Assembly (NCBI GenBank): GCA_037445735.1
Contig: JBBIJY010000008.1
Location: 32,001 to 96,000 of the forward strand
Direction: 5' to 3'
DNA from: Armatimonadota bacterium
GTDB taxonomy: Bacteria; Armatimonadota; Fimbriimonadia; Fimbriimonadales; GBS-DC
Length of the DNA stretch: 64,000 nt
Shown here piece by piece: positions 9,397 to 18,213 of this stretch. Each line of letters starts with the position of its first letter. The stretch's first letter is position 1. The notes beneath the pieces were generated by a model that was given only the letters and a program-made list of their open reading frames with translations, searched no databases and was not told the origin of the DNA. Both the position numbers and the translations under genes were made by a program.

Positions 9397-10962
9397 CTAC
9401 CGTTGCAGACGCGGGAAGAGAGGTTTCGGCGGCTGGAGCGGATGACCCGCGGGCAGGGGCGCACCGCCGTGCGCCCCTACCTCCAGCTCGCTCCAGCGCG
9501 GCACCTCCGGCAGGTTCAGAAAGGCAGCCATCGCACGGGCGACCGCCGGCATCACGGGTTCCACCAGCATGCAGAGCAGGCGCACCGCCTCCAGCCCCGC
9601 GTACAGCACTGTCCCCGCCCGCTGAGTCTCACCCGCCTTCATCAGCGACCAGGGCGCCTGCTCGTCATAATAGCGGTTGACCGTTGCGATAATCTCCCAC
9701 GCTTCGCGCAGCCCGCGCGGGAAATCGACCGCCTCGTACGCCTCCGCCACCCGCGCCACCTGCTGACGGAACACCGCCACCAGCCCATCGTCCACCTGAG
9801 CCCCTGAAGGCACACGCCCCTCAAAGTAGCGATGCACCATCGACAGCGTGCGATGCACCAGATTGCCCAGGTCGTTCGCGAGGTCGCCATTATAGCGCGT
9901 CTCCAGCCCCAGCAGGCTGAACTCGGCGTCCGAATCGGTGGGCATCTCGCGCAGCATATAGTAGCGGAAGGCGTCGACCGCGCAGGGCAGCTCGCAGCCG
10001 GACGCCTGCGCGAGCATCTGCGCCACCTCTAACGGCGCATACACATTCCCCAGCGACTTGGACATCTTCTGCTGGTTCACCACCCACCAGCCGTGCCCAT
10101 AGAGGCGAACGGGCAACGGGATGCCCAGCGCCATCAGCATCGCGGGCCAGATGGTCGCGTGGAAGCGAGGCAAAATATCTTTGCCCATCAGCTGCAAATC
10201 GGGTGGCCAGATATCGAGATAGTCCTCGCCGCGCTCCAGCCAGTTGGTCGCGGTGAGGTAGTTCAGCAGGGCATCGAACCACACATAGACCACCGCGCCG
10301 CTCTCGTCGTCGGGCACGGGCACGCCCCAGTCGGTGCCCGAGCGGCTCACTGCCACATCCTGAAGCCCTTCAGCGATAAAGCCCAGCGTCTCGTTGCGCC
10401 GTACTTCTGGCTGAACGAACTCAGGGTGGCTCCCAATATGCTCGCGCAGGCGCGATTCGTAAGCGGAGAGTCGAAAGTAGTAGCACGGCTCATCGCGCCA
10501 CTCCAGCGGCTTGCCGCAGTCGGGGCACGCTCGCTCCGCGCCAATCTTGCTGGATGCCCAGAAGGTCTCGCACGAGATGCAGTACCAGCCCTGATAGCTG
10601 CCCCTGTAAATATCGCCCTGCTCGCGCAGGCGGCGGAACACCGCCTCCACCGTGCGCTTATGGCGCTCTTCGGTCGTGCGGATGAACACATCGTACTCGA
10701 TATGCAGTGCCTGCCAGGTGCGGGCGAACACCTCCGCCATCTCGTCCACGAACTGCTGGGTCGGCTTGCCCTGCTCCTGCGCGACGCGATGCACTTTGGG
10801 CGCGTTTTCGTCCGTGCCCGTGAGAAAATAGACCGCGCGCCCGCGCCGCTTCTGGAACCGTGCGCAGGCATCCGCCACAATCGTGGTGAGCGCCGTGCCG
10901 ATGTGCGGCGCGCTGTTCACATAGTAAATCGGCGTCGTGATGTAATAGCACCGTTTGCCCAT
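9397..10962 (-). CDS. metG: Methionine--tRNA ligase, short form without C-terminal tRNA-binding domain
   Basis: YITTPIYYVN, HIGT, VYVWFDAL, KMSKS; start moved to ATG 10962. Confidence 0.96.
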   Translation of the reverse strand: MGKRCYYITTPIYYVNSAPHIGTALTTIVADACARFQKRRGRAVYFLTGTDENAPKVHRVAQEQGKPTQQFVDEMAEVFARTWQALHIEYDVFIRTTEERHKRTVEAVFRRLREQGDIYRGSYQGWYCISCETFWASSKIGAERACPDCGKPLEWRDEPCYYFRLSAYESRLREHIGSHPEFVQPEVRRNETLGFIAEGLQDVAVSRSGTDWGVPVPDDESGAVVYVWFDALLNYLTATNWLERGEDYLDIWPPDLQLMGKDILPRFHATIWPAMLMALGIPLPVRLYGHGWWVVNQQKMSKSLGNVYAPLEVAQMLAQASGCELPCAVDAFRYYMLREMPTDSDAEFSLLGLETRYNGDLANDLGNLVHRTLSMVHRYFEGRVPSGAQVDDGLVAVFRQQVARVAEAYEAVDFPRGLREAWEIIATVNRYYDEQAPWSLMKAGETQRAGTVLYAGLEAVRLLCMLVEPVMPAVARAMAAFLNLPEVPRWSELEVGAHGGAPLPAGHPLQPPKPLFPRLQR

Positions 10963-11047
10963 CGCTATCCCGATAGAGTTTACCTGCTGGCGATGGGGTA
11001 TAATACTGCTGGCTGCAACTCCACACGGGCAGCCGAAAGGAGGATCA

Positions 11048-12574
11048 ATGATGATGAACCGATGGCTTCTGGCAACGGTTAGCATGCTGGGCGCGCTCAG
11101 CATCGCCCTTGCGCAACCGCGCGTCGTGATCAACGAGTTCGCCTACGACGATACGGGCACTGACGATGTGGAGTTCGTCGAACTCTATAACGCCGATACG
11201 GTGCCGGTGGACATTTCGGGCTGGGTGCTGGAAAGCGGCGACCTGGTATCGGGTGATAACAACGCCGACTACACCATCCCCGCAGGCACGGTGCTTCAAC
11301 CCGGCGACTACTATGTGATTGGCTCCGGGAATGTGCCGAATGTGGACCTTGTGGTGGGTGCCAACAACCTGTTCGAGAACGATAACGAGTGGACGGCTCT
11401 CAGGATGCCTGACGGCACGGTGGTGGATGCGATTGCCTATGAGACCAATAAGAACCCCGATCTCACTGCGTGGGTGCCTGCCGCCGTGATTCCGCAGCTG
11501 GGTCGGGGCATCTGGGGCAACTACATCACTTTGCAAGCCAGCACCTCCACGGATAACACCCTGCTCTCGCTTCAGCGCTGGAAGGATGGGCTGGACACCA
11601 ACGATAACGGGCGCGACTTCGGGCATATGCCCTGGACGCCCGGCGCATCCAATAACACCACCCCCACGCCCTTCACGCAAAACTTTAATGCGCTCAATGT
11701 GTATGACCTCGTGCCGAACCTGAGCGGCGCGTTCCGCGCCCCGCGCGTGATCGACCCGACCCAGTGGGATGGCACCTACACCACCACGCCAAACCCGAAC
11801 TCAATCCCCTACTCGCCCGATGGCGGCAACGCGATGATCGCCTGGGACTGGGCAGGCGGCGGCAACATGGCAACCTCCACCTTCGCCTTCCAGAACCGCG
11901 CCGGCTATGAACTCTATATCTACATCGATAACACCCAGCCCATTCCGGGCGAATTAGAATCGTGGATAATCGGGCTGATGGGCACTGCCGATTCGTTCTA
12001 TAATATCCCGTTCCGATATCTGGTGAATGCATGCGGTGTGACAGGTGTCGGCTGGCTGTTCAAACGCGCGAACACCACCAGCGACGAGGTGGCGGTGAAG
12101 CTGCGCCTCGTCGATGCGGGTCCGGGCGGCGACAGCAATCCACAGGGCACGATGCAGTGGACAACCTTTGGCGAGATCGACCTGAGCAGCATTACGCCCG
12201 GCTGGTATCGCCTGCGTCTGGAAGTGAAGGGCAACAAGGTGCGCGGTATCTTCGGCGGCACCTACGGCTCCTCTTCTGACGGCACGATTATTGAGGGCAC
12301 CACCAGCGGCTGGATCGGCGCGTTTTACATCGGCTACCGTGAAGTCTACGCCACCGACCAGTTCGCCAATCCCGTACGCATCGACGCGCTGAACCTGTTC
12401 ATCCCCGTCGATGGCGATGTGGATGGCAACGGCTGTGTGGATGACGCCGACCTGCTGGAGGTGCTGTTCGCCTTCGGGCAGACAGGTGCCTCACGCGCCG
12501 ATGTGAACGGCGATGGCACAGTCGACGACGCCGACCTGCTGACCGTGCTGTTCGACTTCGGCAGCGGCTGTTAG
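11048..12574 (+). CDS. Secreted lamin-tail-domain protein with C-terminal dockerin-like domain ending in GC
   Basis: Signal peptide; VVINEF..EFVELYN..VDISGWVL; GDVDGNGCVDDADLL...FGSGC; AGGAGG RBS. Confidence 0.88.
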   Translation: MMMNRWLLATVSMLGALSIALAQPRVVINEFAYDDTGTDDVEFVELYNADTVPVDISGWVLESGDLVSGDNNADYTIPAGTVLQPGDYYVIGSGNVPNVDLVVGANNLFENDNEWTALRMPDGTVVDAIAYETNKNPDLTAWVPAAVIPQLGRGIWGNYITLQASTSTDNTLLSLQRWKDGLDTNDNGRDFGHMPWTPGASNNTTPTPFTQNFNALNVYDLVPNLSGAFRAPRVIDPTQWDGTYTTTPNPNSIPYSPDGGNAMIAWDWAGGGNMATSTFAFQNRAGYELYIYIDNTQPIPGELESWIIGLMGTADSFYNIPFRYLVNACGVTGVGWLFKRANTTSDEVAVKLRLVDAGPGGDSNPQGTMQWTTFGEIDLSSITPGWYRLRLEVKGNKVRGIFGGTYGSSSDGTIIEGTTSGWIGAFYIGYREVYATDQFANPVRIDALNLFIPVDGDVDGNGCVDDADLLEVLFAFGQTGASRADVNGDGTVDDADLLTVLFDFGSGC

Positions 12575-12760
12575 CCCTCACCCCCTGCCCTCTCTCCCAC
12601 GCAGCGGGAGAGGGGGTTCCGAAGCCCTCTCCCCCTTCAGGAGGGTACGGGTGAGGGGGCTTTGCACCTCTGTGCTGGGGATAAGTCCCTCACCCCCTGC
12701 CCCTGCTCCCGAAGCTTCGGGAGGGGCTGAAGCCCTCTCCCCTTGAAGGGGCTGGGTGAG
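12571..12760. repeat. Cluster of family A palindromic repeats
   Basis: TTAGCCCTCACCCCC..CTCTCCC-GGGAGAGGG..GGGTACGGGTGAGGGGGC starting at the upstream stop codon. Confidence 0.92.
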
Positions 12761-12792
12761 ATGGGTATAATCTTCTGACAGGGGAGCGAACG

Positions 12793-13581
12793 ATGAAAAC
12801 AAGGGGCTTTACGCTGATTGAGCTGCTGGTCGTGATCGCGATCATCGCCATCCTGGCGGCGATCCTGTTCCCCGTGTTCGCACAGGCACGCAACAAGGCT
12901 CGTCAGACCGCCTGCATCAGCAACATCCGCCAGTGCTGGCTGGCGCTAACGATGTACCGGGACGACCACGACAGCGTGTATCCCTATGGCGTCGATGTGA
13001 ATCTGTCCGAGCGAATCGATAGCTGCGCTCGCTGGAACCGCTCCCAGCTGATTCTCACCTGGGAGGGGCCCAATCTGCCTCGCCAGGGTTCACCGGTGGG
13101 CTGCATCGTTTTCGGCACTGCATTCCCTGTCTGGCTGCCGACCGCTCAAGGACGCCGCCCCATTATCGAGCCGTATTTGAAGGACAATAAGGTTATCTAC
13201 TGCCCGAATGTGCCTCAATGCTGGATCGAGGGCAACTGTCCAAACCCGATAGAGCGCTATATCGTGAATGGGCAGCTTTATGAGACCTACATGTACGCCC
13301 CTGAACGCTCCCGTGGACGCTCCAGCTACTACTATCCAAACTATGAGTGGGGCGCCTTTTTCTATACTGGCTCCTCACGCGATGAGGCACACACACTGGC
13401 AGAGCAAAACCTGATCTGGGGGCGCTCAGGCGATACGCTGGACGAACGGGTGCGCATCCTGCTGGATAACTACCTGCGGGCACAGCGCCATATTGACAGC
13501 CATGGGCATCATACGATGGTATCCGTCTTTCAGAACGGTTCCACCAAAGTCTGGAAGTGGTATCAGGACGAGCGCCCATGA
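12793..13581 (+). CDS. Prepilin-type N-terminal cleavage/methylation protein (DUF1559-like), degenerate C-terminal motif
   Basis: [33 protein letters not shown]; ends [16 protein letters not shown]. Confidence 0.9.
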   Translation: MKTRGFTLIELLVVIAIIAILAAILFPVFAQARNKARQTACISNIRQCWLALTMYRDDHDSVYPYGVDVNLSERIDSCARWNRSQLILTWEGPNLPRQGSPVGCIVFGTAFPVWLPTAQGRRPIIEPYLKDNKVIYCPNVPQCWIEGNCPNPIERYIVNGQLYETYMYAPERSRGRSSYYYPNYEWGAFFYTGSSRDEAHTLAEQNLIWGRSGDTLDERVRILLDNYLRAQRHIDSHGHHTMVSVFQNGSTKVWKWYQDERP

Positions 13582-13653
13582 AGCCTTATTAACTGCAACC
13601 GTTCGGGGACACGATATTTGCACGCCCACGAACCCCTCTTGCCACCCATCAAA

Positions 13654-13706
13654 GCAGGAATCGCCCCGGAGGTGGGGTATAATAGAAGGTGATTGAAGCG
13701 CTTCAA
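13654..13706 (+). promoter_or_regulatory. Promoter (GCAGGAATCG..GGGGTATAAT) followed by palindromic operator TTGAAGCGCTTCAA
   Basis: Near-identical block at 28424-28474; perfect 14-bp palindrome at 13693-13706. Confidence 0.75.
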
Positions 13707-13750
13707 AAGCGTGGGCAACCCACCACCGAAGCGCGAGGGAGGCTCAAACG

Positions 13751-14554
13751 ATGAGGCGAAGGGGCTTTACGCTGATTGAGCTGCTGGTCGTCATCGCGAT
13801 CATCGCCATCTTAGCGGCGATGCTGTTCCCGGTGTTCGCGCAGGCGCGCGAAAAAGCGCGTCAAATCACCTGCACCAGCAACGATAAACAGATGGGCATG
13901 GCAACGATGATGTACCTCAACGACTATGACCAGCTCTGGTTCCCTGCCTGGGTGGAAGTGCCCGGACCTGGCAACGGGCACTGGTTCTTCAAAATCTCGC
14001 CTTATATCAAATCGGGCACTGGCGCCGACTGGAGTACCTATCGCCGCGACCGCAATGTGGAGATTCGCATCTGCCCGTCGGGTGTCGCCATCGCTTTCAA
14101 CTACAGCATGAACGGGCATATCAGCCTTCTGCGCCAGGACTGCCCTCTGGGTCCTTACACCTGCTACGACCCCGATTCGGAAGCCATCTTCACCCACCCT
14201 GCCGAGACGATTATTTATGGCGATGCGACTCAGCTGGAGGGCTGGGACTGGGCGTCGTCGGCGAACTTCTGCTGGTGGCCGTCGCAGGCGACCTGCTGGA
14301 ACGGCGGGCGGTTCCCGCAGGGCGATGAGGACCCGCTCTGGCGGATTGTGGATCGCGACCTGCCCGCCTCCGTGTGCAATCCGCGACAGAGGGACTGCTC
14401 GAATCTCGGCTACGGGCAGGTACGCTATCGTCATCAGCGGTTCGCTGTGTTCGTCTTCGCGGATGGGCACGCCAAAGCGATTCGACGCGGCGCCGTCAAA
14501 GTGCCCTGGAACTGGTCAATCACCGCCCAGCACGAGAACGACTGGGCACGGTGA
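13751..14554 (+). CDS. Prepilin-type protein with H-X9-DG C-terminal motif (DUF1559-like)
   Basis: [30 protein letters not shown]. Confidence 0.93.
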   Translation: MRRRGFTLIELLVVIAIIAILAAMLFPVFAQAREKARQITCTSNDKQMGMATMMYLNDYDQLWFPAWVEVPGPGNGHWFFKISPYIKSGTGADWSTYRRDRNVEIRICPSGVAIAFNYSMNGHISLLRQDCPLGPYTCYDPDSEAIFTHPAETIIYGDATQLEGWDWASSANFCWWPSQATCWNGGRFPQGDEDPLWRIVDRDLPASVCNPRQRDCSNLGYGQVRYRHQRFAVFVFADGHAKAIRRGAVKVPWNWSITAQHENDWAR

Positions 14555-14645
14555 AGCAGGAGCGCCGCCATCAGCCTGCACTCCCCACCATGCTGGAAGG
14601 AATTGCAGGCTGAACGGCTAAACAGAGTGTGCGGAGGGAACAGCG

Positions 14646-14894
14646 ATGCTCAGGCAAGAGATACCGACGCCTGTGGCGATAGGGATTATCGTCGTGGTAT
14701 TGTTGATTGTGGGCTTTCTGGTCTATCGGTTTGTGTTTGCGCCTGCGCCCACCGTGAGCACCATTCCGGAGGTGCAGATGCCGTCGCCCAGCGCGACGGC
14801 GCCGCCGGCTCCGGGAGGTCAGCCGCAGGCGCCTGCGAATGACCCGACCCGTGCGCCTTTCACACCGCCGCCGAACTACGGCGCACCGCGATAG
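14646..14894 (+). CDS. Small single-TM, Pro-rich protein
   Basis: GGAGG RBS; QEIPTPVAIGIIVVVLLIVGF TM segment, then P/A-rich tail. Confidence 0.8.
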   Translation: MLRQEIPTPVAIGIIVVVLLIVGFLVYRFVFAPAPTVSTIPEVQMPSPSATAPPAPGGQPQAPANDPTRAPFTPPPNYGAPR

Positions 14895-14909
14895 AGCGCT
14901 AACAGGCGT

Positions 14910-15584
14910 TCAGGTGTTCTCCTCAACGCCCAGCTCGCGCAGCCGCTGGGCTAACTGCTCGGCGCGCTGACGCTCCTGCTCGGCGCGGGCAATCGCTTCC
15001 TGCAGCGCCTGCTTGACCGCTTCAAATCGCACGAAACGGTTGCCCTCCGCGTCGTACACGCCAGGGTCGTCTCCTTCACCGCGTTCGAACCGAATCCCCA
15101 GCAGGGGGCTGACCCAGCCCTCCATGTTCTCGATTGGCTCCAGGAAATCGCCCTTGCGAATCGCGCCGTACCACTGACCTGTGTCGGGATCGTAGATGTA
15201 GTACTCCTGCACGCCGAAACGGTCGTAGAAAGCGTGCTTGAAGCCCCAATCTGCCAGCGTGTTGCCGGGTGAGACGACCTCGAACACCACCTGGGGCGCG
15301 ACGCCACCCTCTTCCCACTGTTTGTAGGAGCCGCGATGCCCCTTCGGGCGCCCAATCACCACCATCACATCGGGCGCCGTGCGAATATCGGGGCGACCCT
15401 CCACCGGGTACCAGAACAGATCCATCGCCACGAACACATCCGCGCGACTGGCAAACATCGCTTCCAGATTATCTTTCAGCAGGGTCATCACATTCGCCTG
15501 TATCGTGTTACTCGCCATCGGTTGACCGTCCGTCTCCGGGTAGACAATCCCGGCTTTTAGCGCTTCGGATGCCGTCGCTTGCAT
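14910..15584 (-). CDS. Uma2 family (PD-(D/E)xK) endonuclease-like protein
   Basis: YPETDGQPMA, APDVMV, VVFEVVSPGN, GVQEYYIYDP, coiled tail LRELG. Confidence 0.92.
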   Translation of the reverse strand: MQATASEALKAGIVYPETDGQPMASNTIQANVMTLLKDNLEAMFASRADVFVAMDLFWYPVEGRPDIRTAPDVMVVIGRPKGHRGSYKQWEEGGVAPQVVFEVVSPGNTLADWGFKHAFYDRFGVQEYYIYDPDTGQWYGAIRKGDFLEPIENMEGWVSPLLGIRFERGEGDDPGVYDAEGNRFVRFEAVKQALQEAIARAEQERQRAEQLAQRLRELGVEENT

Positions 15585-15674
15585 CGCTCATCACCCCCAT
15601 CAGTATACCTCGTGTTGTCGGGAACGCCAGATTCAGCCACCCTGAGCTGCAACTAATCAGCACGCGCAGAGAGG

Positions 15675-16112
15675 TTAGCCAGTATCTGCCTCCTTTCGCG
15701 GAACCTGATACCGACCCGCTCGGATTAGAAGCTCACGCTCGGCAATCCGCGAAGGGTGATTTAGGCCAAGCAACCTGACGGTCGCCTCACCAACTTTGGT
15801 CAAAGGAACGATATAAGCACCATCCAGTCGGAAGTGATCCTGCCAGCGGTCGCGTCGGGGATTAAAAAGTCGCACGGGGTAATCAGCGTCATCTATGATA
15901 GTTGCTATGTCGGTACCCTTTGCGTAGTTGCAAAAGGCACATGCATAAGCAAGATTATCGAGGGTATCGGTGCCGCCATGTTTGAGGCTGATGATATGCT
16001 CAACCTGGCAACCATAGAAGGTATCGCTTTCATGAATCTGACAATATTCACAACGATAGCCTGCGCGTTCAGCCACTACAGCGCGGAGCTTTGCAGAGAT
16101 TTTACGCCTCAT
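15675..16112 (-). CDS. HNH endonuclease
   Basis: RAGYRCEYC..EHIISLKHGG...NLAYACAFCN; LFNPRRDRWQDHF. Confidence 0.92.
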   Translation of the reverse strand: MRRKISAKLRAVVAERAGYRCEYCQIHESDTFYGCQVEHIISLKHGGTDTLDNLAYACAFCNYAKGTDIATIIDDADYPVRLFNPRRDRWQDHFRLDGAYIVPLTKVGEATVRLLGLNHPSRIAERELLIRAGRYQVPRKEADTG

Positions 16113-16342
16113 AGATTGTTTATCAACTCTTGCGCTCTGGCTTTCGCCAAACGAAACAGATGTTCAATCACCAGATAGTTTTCTAACTCTTCCTCTTCTT
16201 CAGGGGTCAGCGCCGATTCGCGGCGGCGTTTCAGCAGGTCTTCCAGCCGTTGTCGTGATACTTCCGATGGACGGAAGTTGACCACTTCCTTCGGGCTGAG
16301 CCGCGCAATAAACTCCACCAGCTCCTCGTAAACTTTAGGCAT
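16109..16342 (-). CDS. Small helical protein translationally coupled to HNH gene (candidate antitoxin)
   Basis: 4-bp overlap with HNH start; LTPEEEEELENY; ATG 7 nt after TACAAT. Confidence 0.8.
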   Translation of the reverse strand: MPKVYEELVEFIARLSPKEVVNFRPSEVSRQRLEDLLKRRRESALTPEEEEELENYLVIEHLFRLAKARAQELINNL

Positions 16343-16400
16343 CGCCAATATTGTACCCAGCTCCCCACATGGGAGGAGCGAGCCATGATGAGGGGTACCC

Positions 16401-17435
16401 CTATTTGCTGGCGAAGGGCGCCAGCGCGGTTCGAATCGCCTGTATCTTCGCCATCAGCTCGGCGAACTCATCGGGTCGCAACGATTGGGCGCCGTCGGAG
16501 AGCGCGCGTTCTGGTTGCGGATGCACCTCGATCAGCAAGCCGTCCGCGCCCGCTGCCACCGCCGCCAGCGCGACGGCAGGCACATAGCGGGCGTGCCCGA
16601 TTCCGTGGCTGGGATCCACAATCACAGGCAGATGCGAATGGTAGCGCAAAATGGGCACCGCATTGATGTCCAGCGTATGGCGGGCGTAGGTGCGGTCGAT
16701 GGGCACGATCCCGCGCTCGCACAGCATCACCTGCTCGTTGTCCTGCATCAGCAGGTACTCGGCGGCGGCGAGCCACTCGTCGATGGTGGCGTGCGGCGCG
16801 CGCTTGAGCAATACGGGCTTGCCCGAACGCCCCGCCGCCACCAGCAGCGGGAAGTTCTGCATGCTTCGCGCCCCAATCTGCAGAATATCCACATACTCCG
16901 CCACCAGCTCCACATCGTGTGGGTCCAGCACCTCGCTCACGGTCGGGATGCCCACTTCCTCACTCACGGCTTTTAAGATTTCCAGCCCTTCGCGTTGAAG
17001 ACCCTGGAACGAGTAGGGCGAGGTGCGCGGTTTGTACGCGCCGCCGCGCAGGATGCTGGCGCCCGCCGCTTTCACCGCCCGCGCCGCGCTCAGCGTCTGC
17101 TCATAGCTCTCCACCGCGCACGGACCCGCCATCACCACGAAGTGCCCCGCGCCGATGCGCACCTCGCCGACGCGCACCTCCGTGTCATGCGGATGGAAAT
17201 CGCGCGAGGCGAGCTTGTACGGGCGCGACACATGCACCACCTGGTCCACGCCGGGCATCGCCGACAGAATCTCGTCCAGCAGCGGGCGCAGGTTCGGCGG
17301 AATCGCGCTCGGTATGCCCACCGCCGTGCGCTCGCCACCCGGCAACGGCTGCGCCTTCAGCCCATGCGACTCGATGGTCTGAACCACCGCCTGAATCTGC
17401 TCTTCCGTTGCTTCCTTCCGCATCAGCACAATCAT
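16401..17435 (-). CDS. aroF: DAHP synthase type I-beta with N-terminal regulatory domain
   Basis: AGPCAVES, RGGAYKPRTSPYSFQG, QIGARSMQN, DPSH. Confidence 0.96.
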   Translation of the reverse strand: MIVLMRKEATEEQIQAVVQTIESHGLKAQPLPGGERTAVGIPSAIPPNLRPLLDEILSAMPGVDQVVHVSRPYKLASRDFHPHDTEVRVGEVRIGAGHFVVMAGPCAVESYEQTLSAARAVKAAGASILRGGAYKPRTSPYSFQGLQREGLEILKAVSEEVGIPTVSEVLDPHDVELVAEYVDILQIGARSMQNFPLLVAAGRSGKPVLLKRAPHATIDEWLAAAEYLLMQDNEQVMLCERGIVPIDRTYARHTLDINAVPILRYHSHLPVIVDPSHGIGHARYVPAVALAAVAAGADGLLIEVHPQPERALSDGAQSLRPDEFAELMAKIQAIRTALAPFASK

Positions 17436-17553
17436 CGTCGACTCCCCTCTATCACACAGCTGGCTTCCCAAGTATACCCTGCCCAATAACCATGAGCGCA
17501 CAGGTATCTGATCACCGCATGAGGACGGCGGGTATATTCACTTTGGGCAGCAA

Positions 17554-18174
17554 ATGACGAAGAGGCATCTGATAGTGAGTGTCAGTTCATGGGCGGAAGA
17601 AAAGGTTCCCTTTACAATTTGTCAGAATCTTACAGGGAAATTGCTCTTCCGTCCCTTTCTACGGCATCGTGTGGGTGATGCACCTGTATTTGACCTCGTG
17701 CTGGCTGCAGAGCCTCAAAAGCGGCTGCAGTGGTGTGGGCATGGTGCGCTACCATTCAACACCTATCTCGCTGTGGGGCAAATCACTGCTTGCTATAAGC
17801 CTGATTGGCGCTGTGGTCGCGCACGGCGCACTGATCTGGAAATTGTGCTGGATTGCGAACTGCCACTCCACTCGGCTCAGGTGGGAGATGAATATTGCAT
17901 TTTCGGCGCCGCTCCTTATGTCCCTTTCAAGGCGTTGAAGCCAGGTACATGGCTGGCAGGTTTAGGGCAACTGAGCTTCACCCCCTGTTGCCAGACTGAA
18001 ACATGTGTGGCAGTACGCTTGTTGTCGCGCTGGATTGTAGATCTGCGCGTCGATTCGCCCACCTTCGGTTGCCTTATCCCGTGGGAGTTTGGTGCTGCCT
18101 TACCTTTTGATGACACGCACCTTATAGACTCAATGAACTATTATGTGGTGGAGGTCTCTCAGGGGACAGATTAG
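17554..18174 (+). CDS. Hypothetical protein, Cys-rich, lower GC than flanks
   Basis: Only long ORF in the gap; no family recognised. Confidence 0.55.
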   Translation: MTKRHLIVSVSSWAEEKVPFTICQNLTGKLLFRPFLRHRVGDAPVFDLVLAAEPQKRLQWCGHGALPFNTYLAVGQITACYKPDWRCGRARRTDLEIVLDCELPLHSAQVGDEYCIFGAAPYVPFKALKPGTWLAGLGQLSFTPCCQTETCVAVRLLSRWIVDLRVDSPTFGCLIPWEFGAALPFDDTHLIDSMNYYVVEVSQGTD

Positions 18175-18213
18175 ACGCAGCTGCCATGCTGGGTATACTG
18201 AAAGTGCGCTGAT

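Noticed and set aside
9397-9420. metG truncation by the downstream repeat/TA insertion
   Set aside because: The protein ends at PLFPRL, the normal end of the core enzyme, and short MetRS forms are common.
7885-9464. Pro/Gly-rich ORFs over the repeat clusters (7885-8172, 7917-8138, 8972-9163, 9081-9464; also 12578-12802)
   Set aside because: They are translations of the palindromic repeat, which is open in several frames; there is no independent sign of coding.
14596-14623. Additional sigma-H-like promoters at 14598 and upstream of pntA
   Set aside because: One of the two boxes deviates (TAAA at -10 or AGGG at -35), so they were left out of the count.
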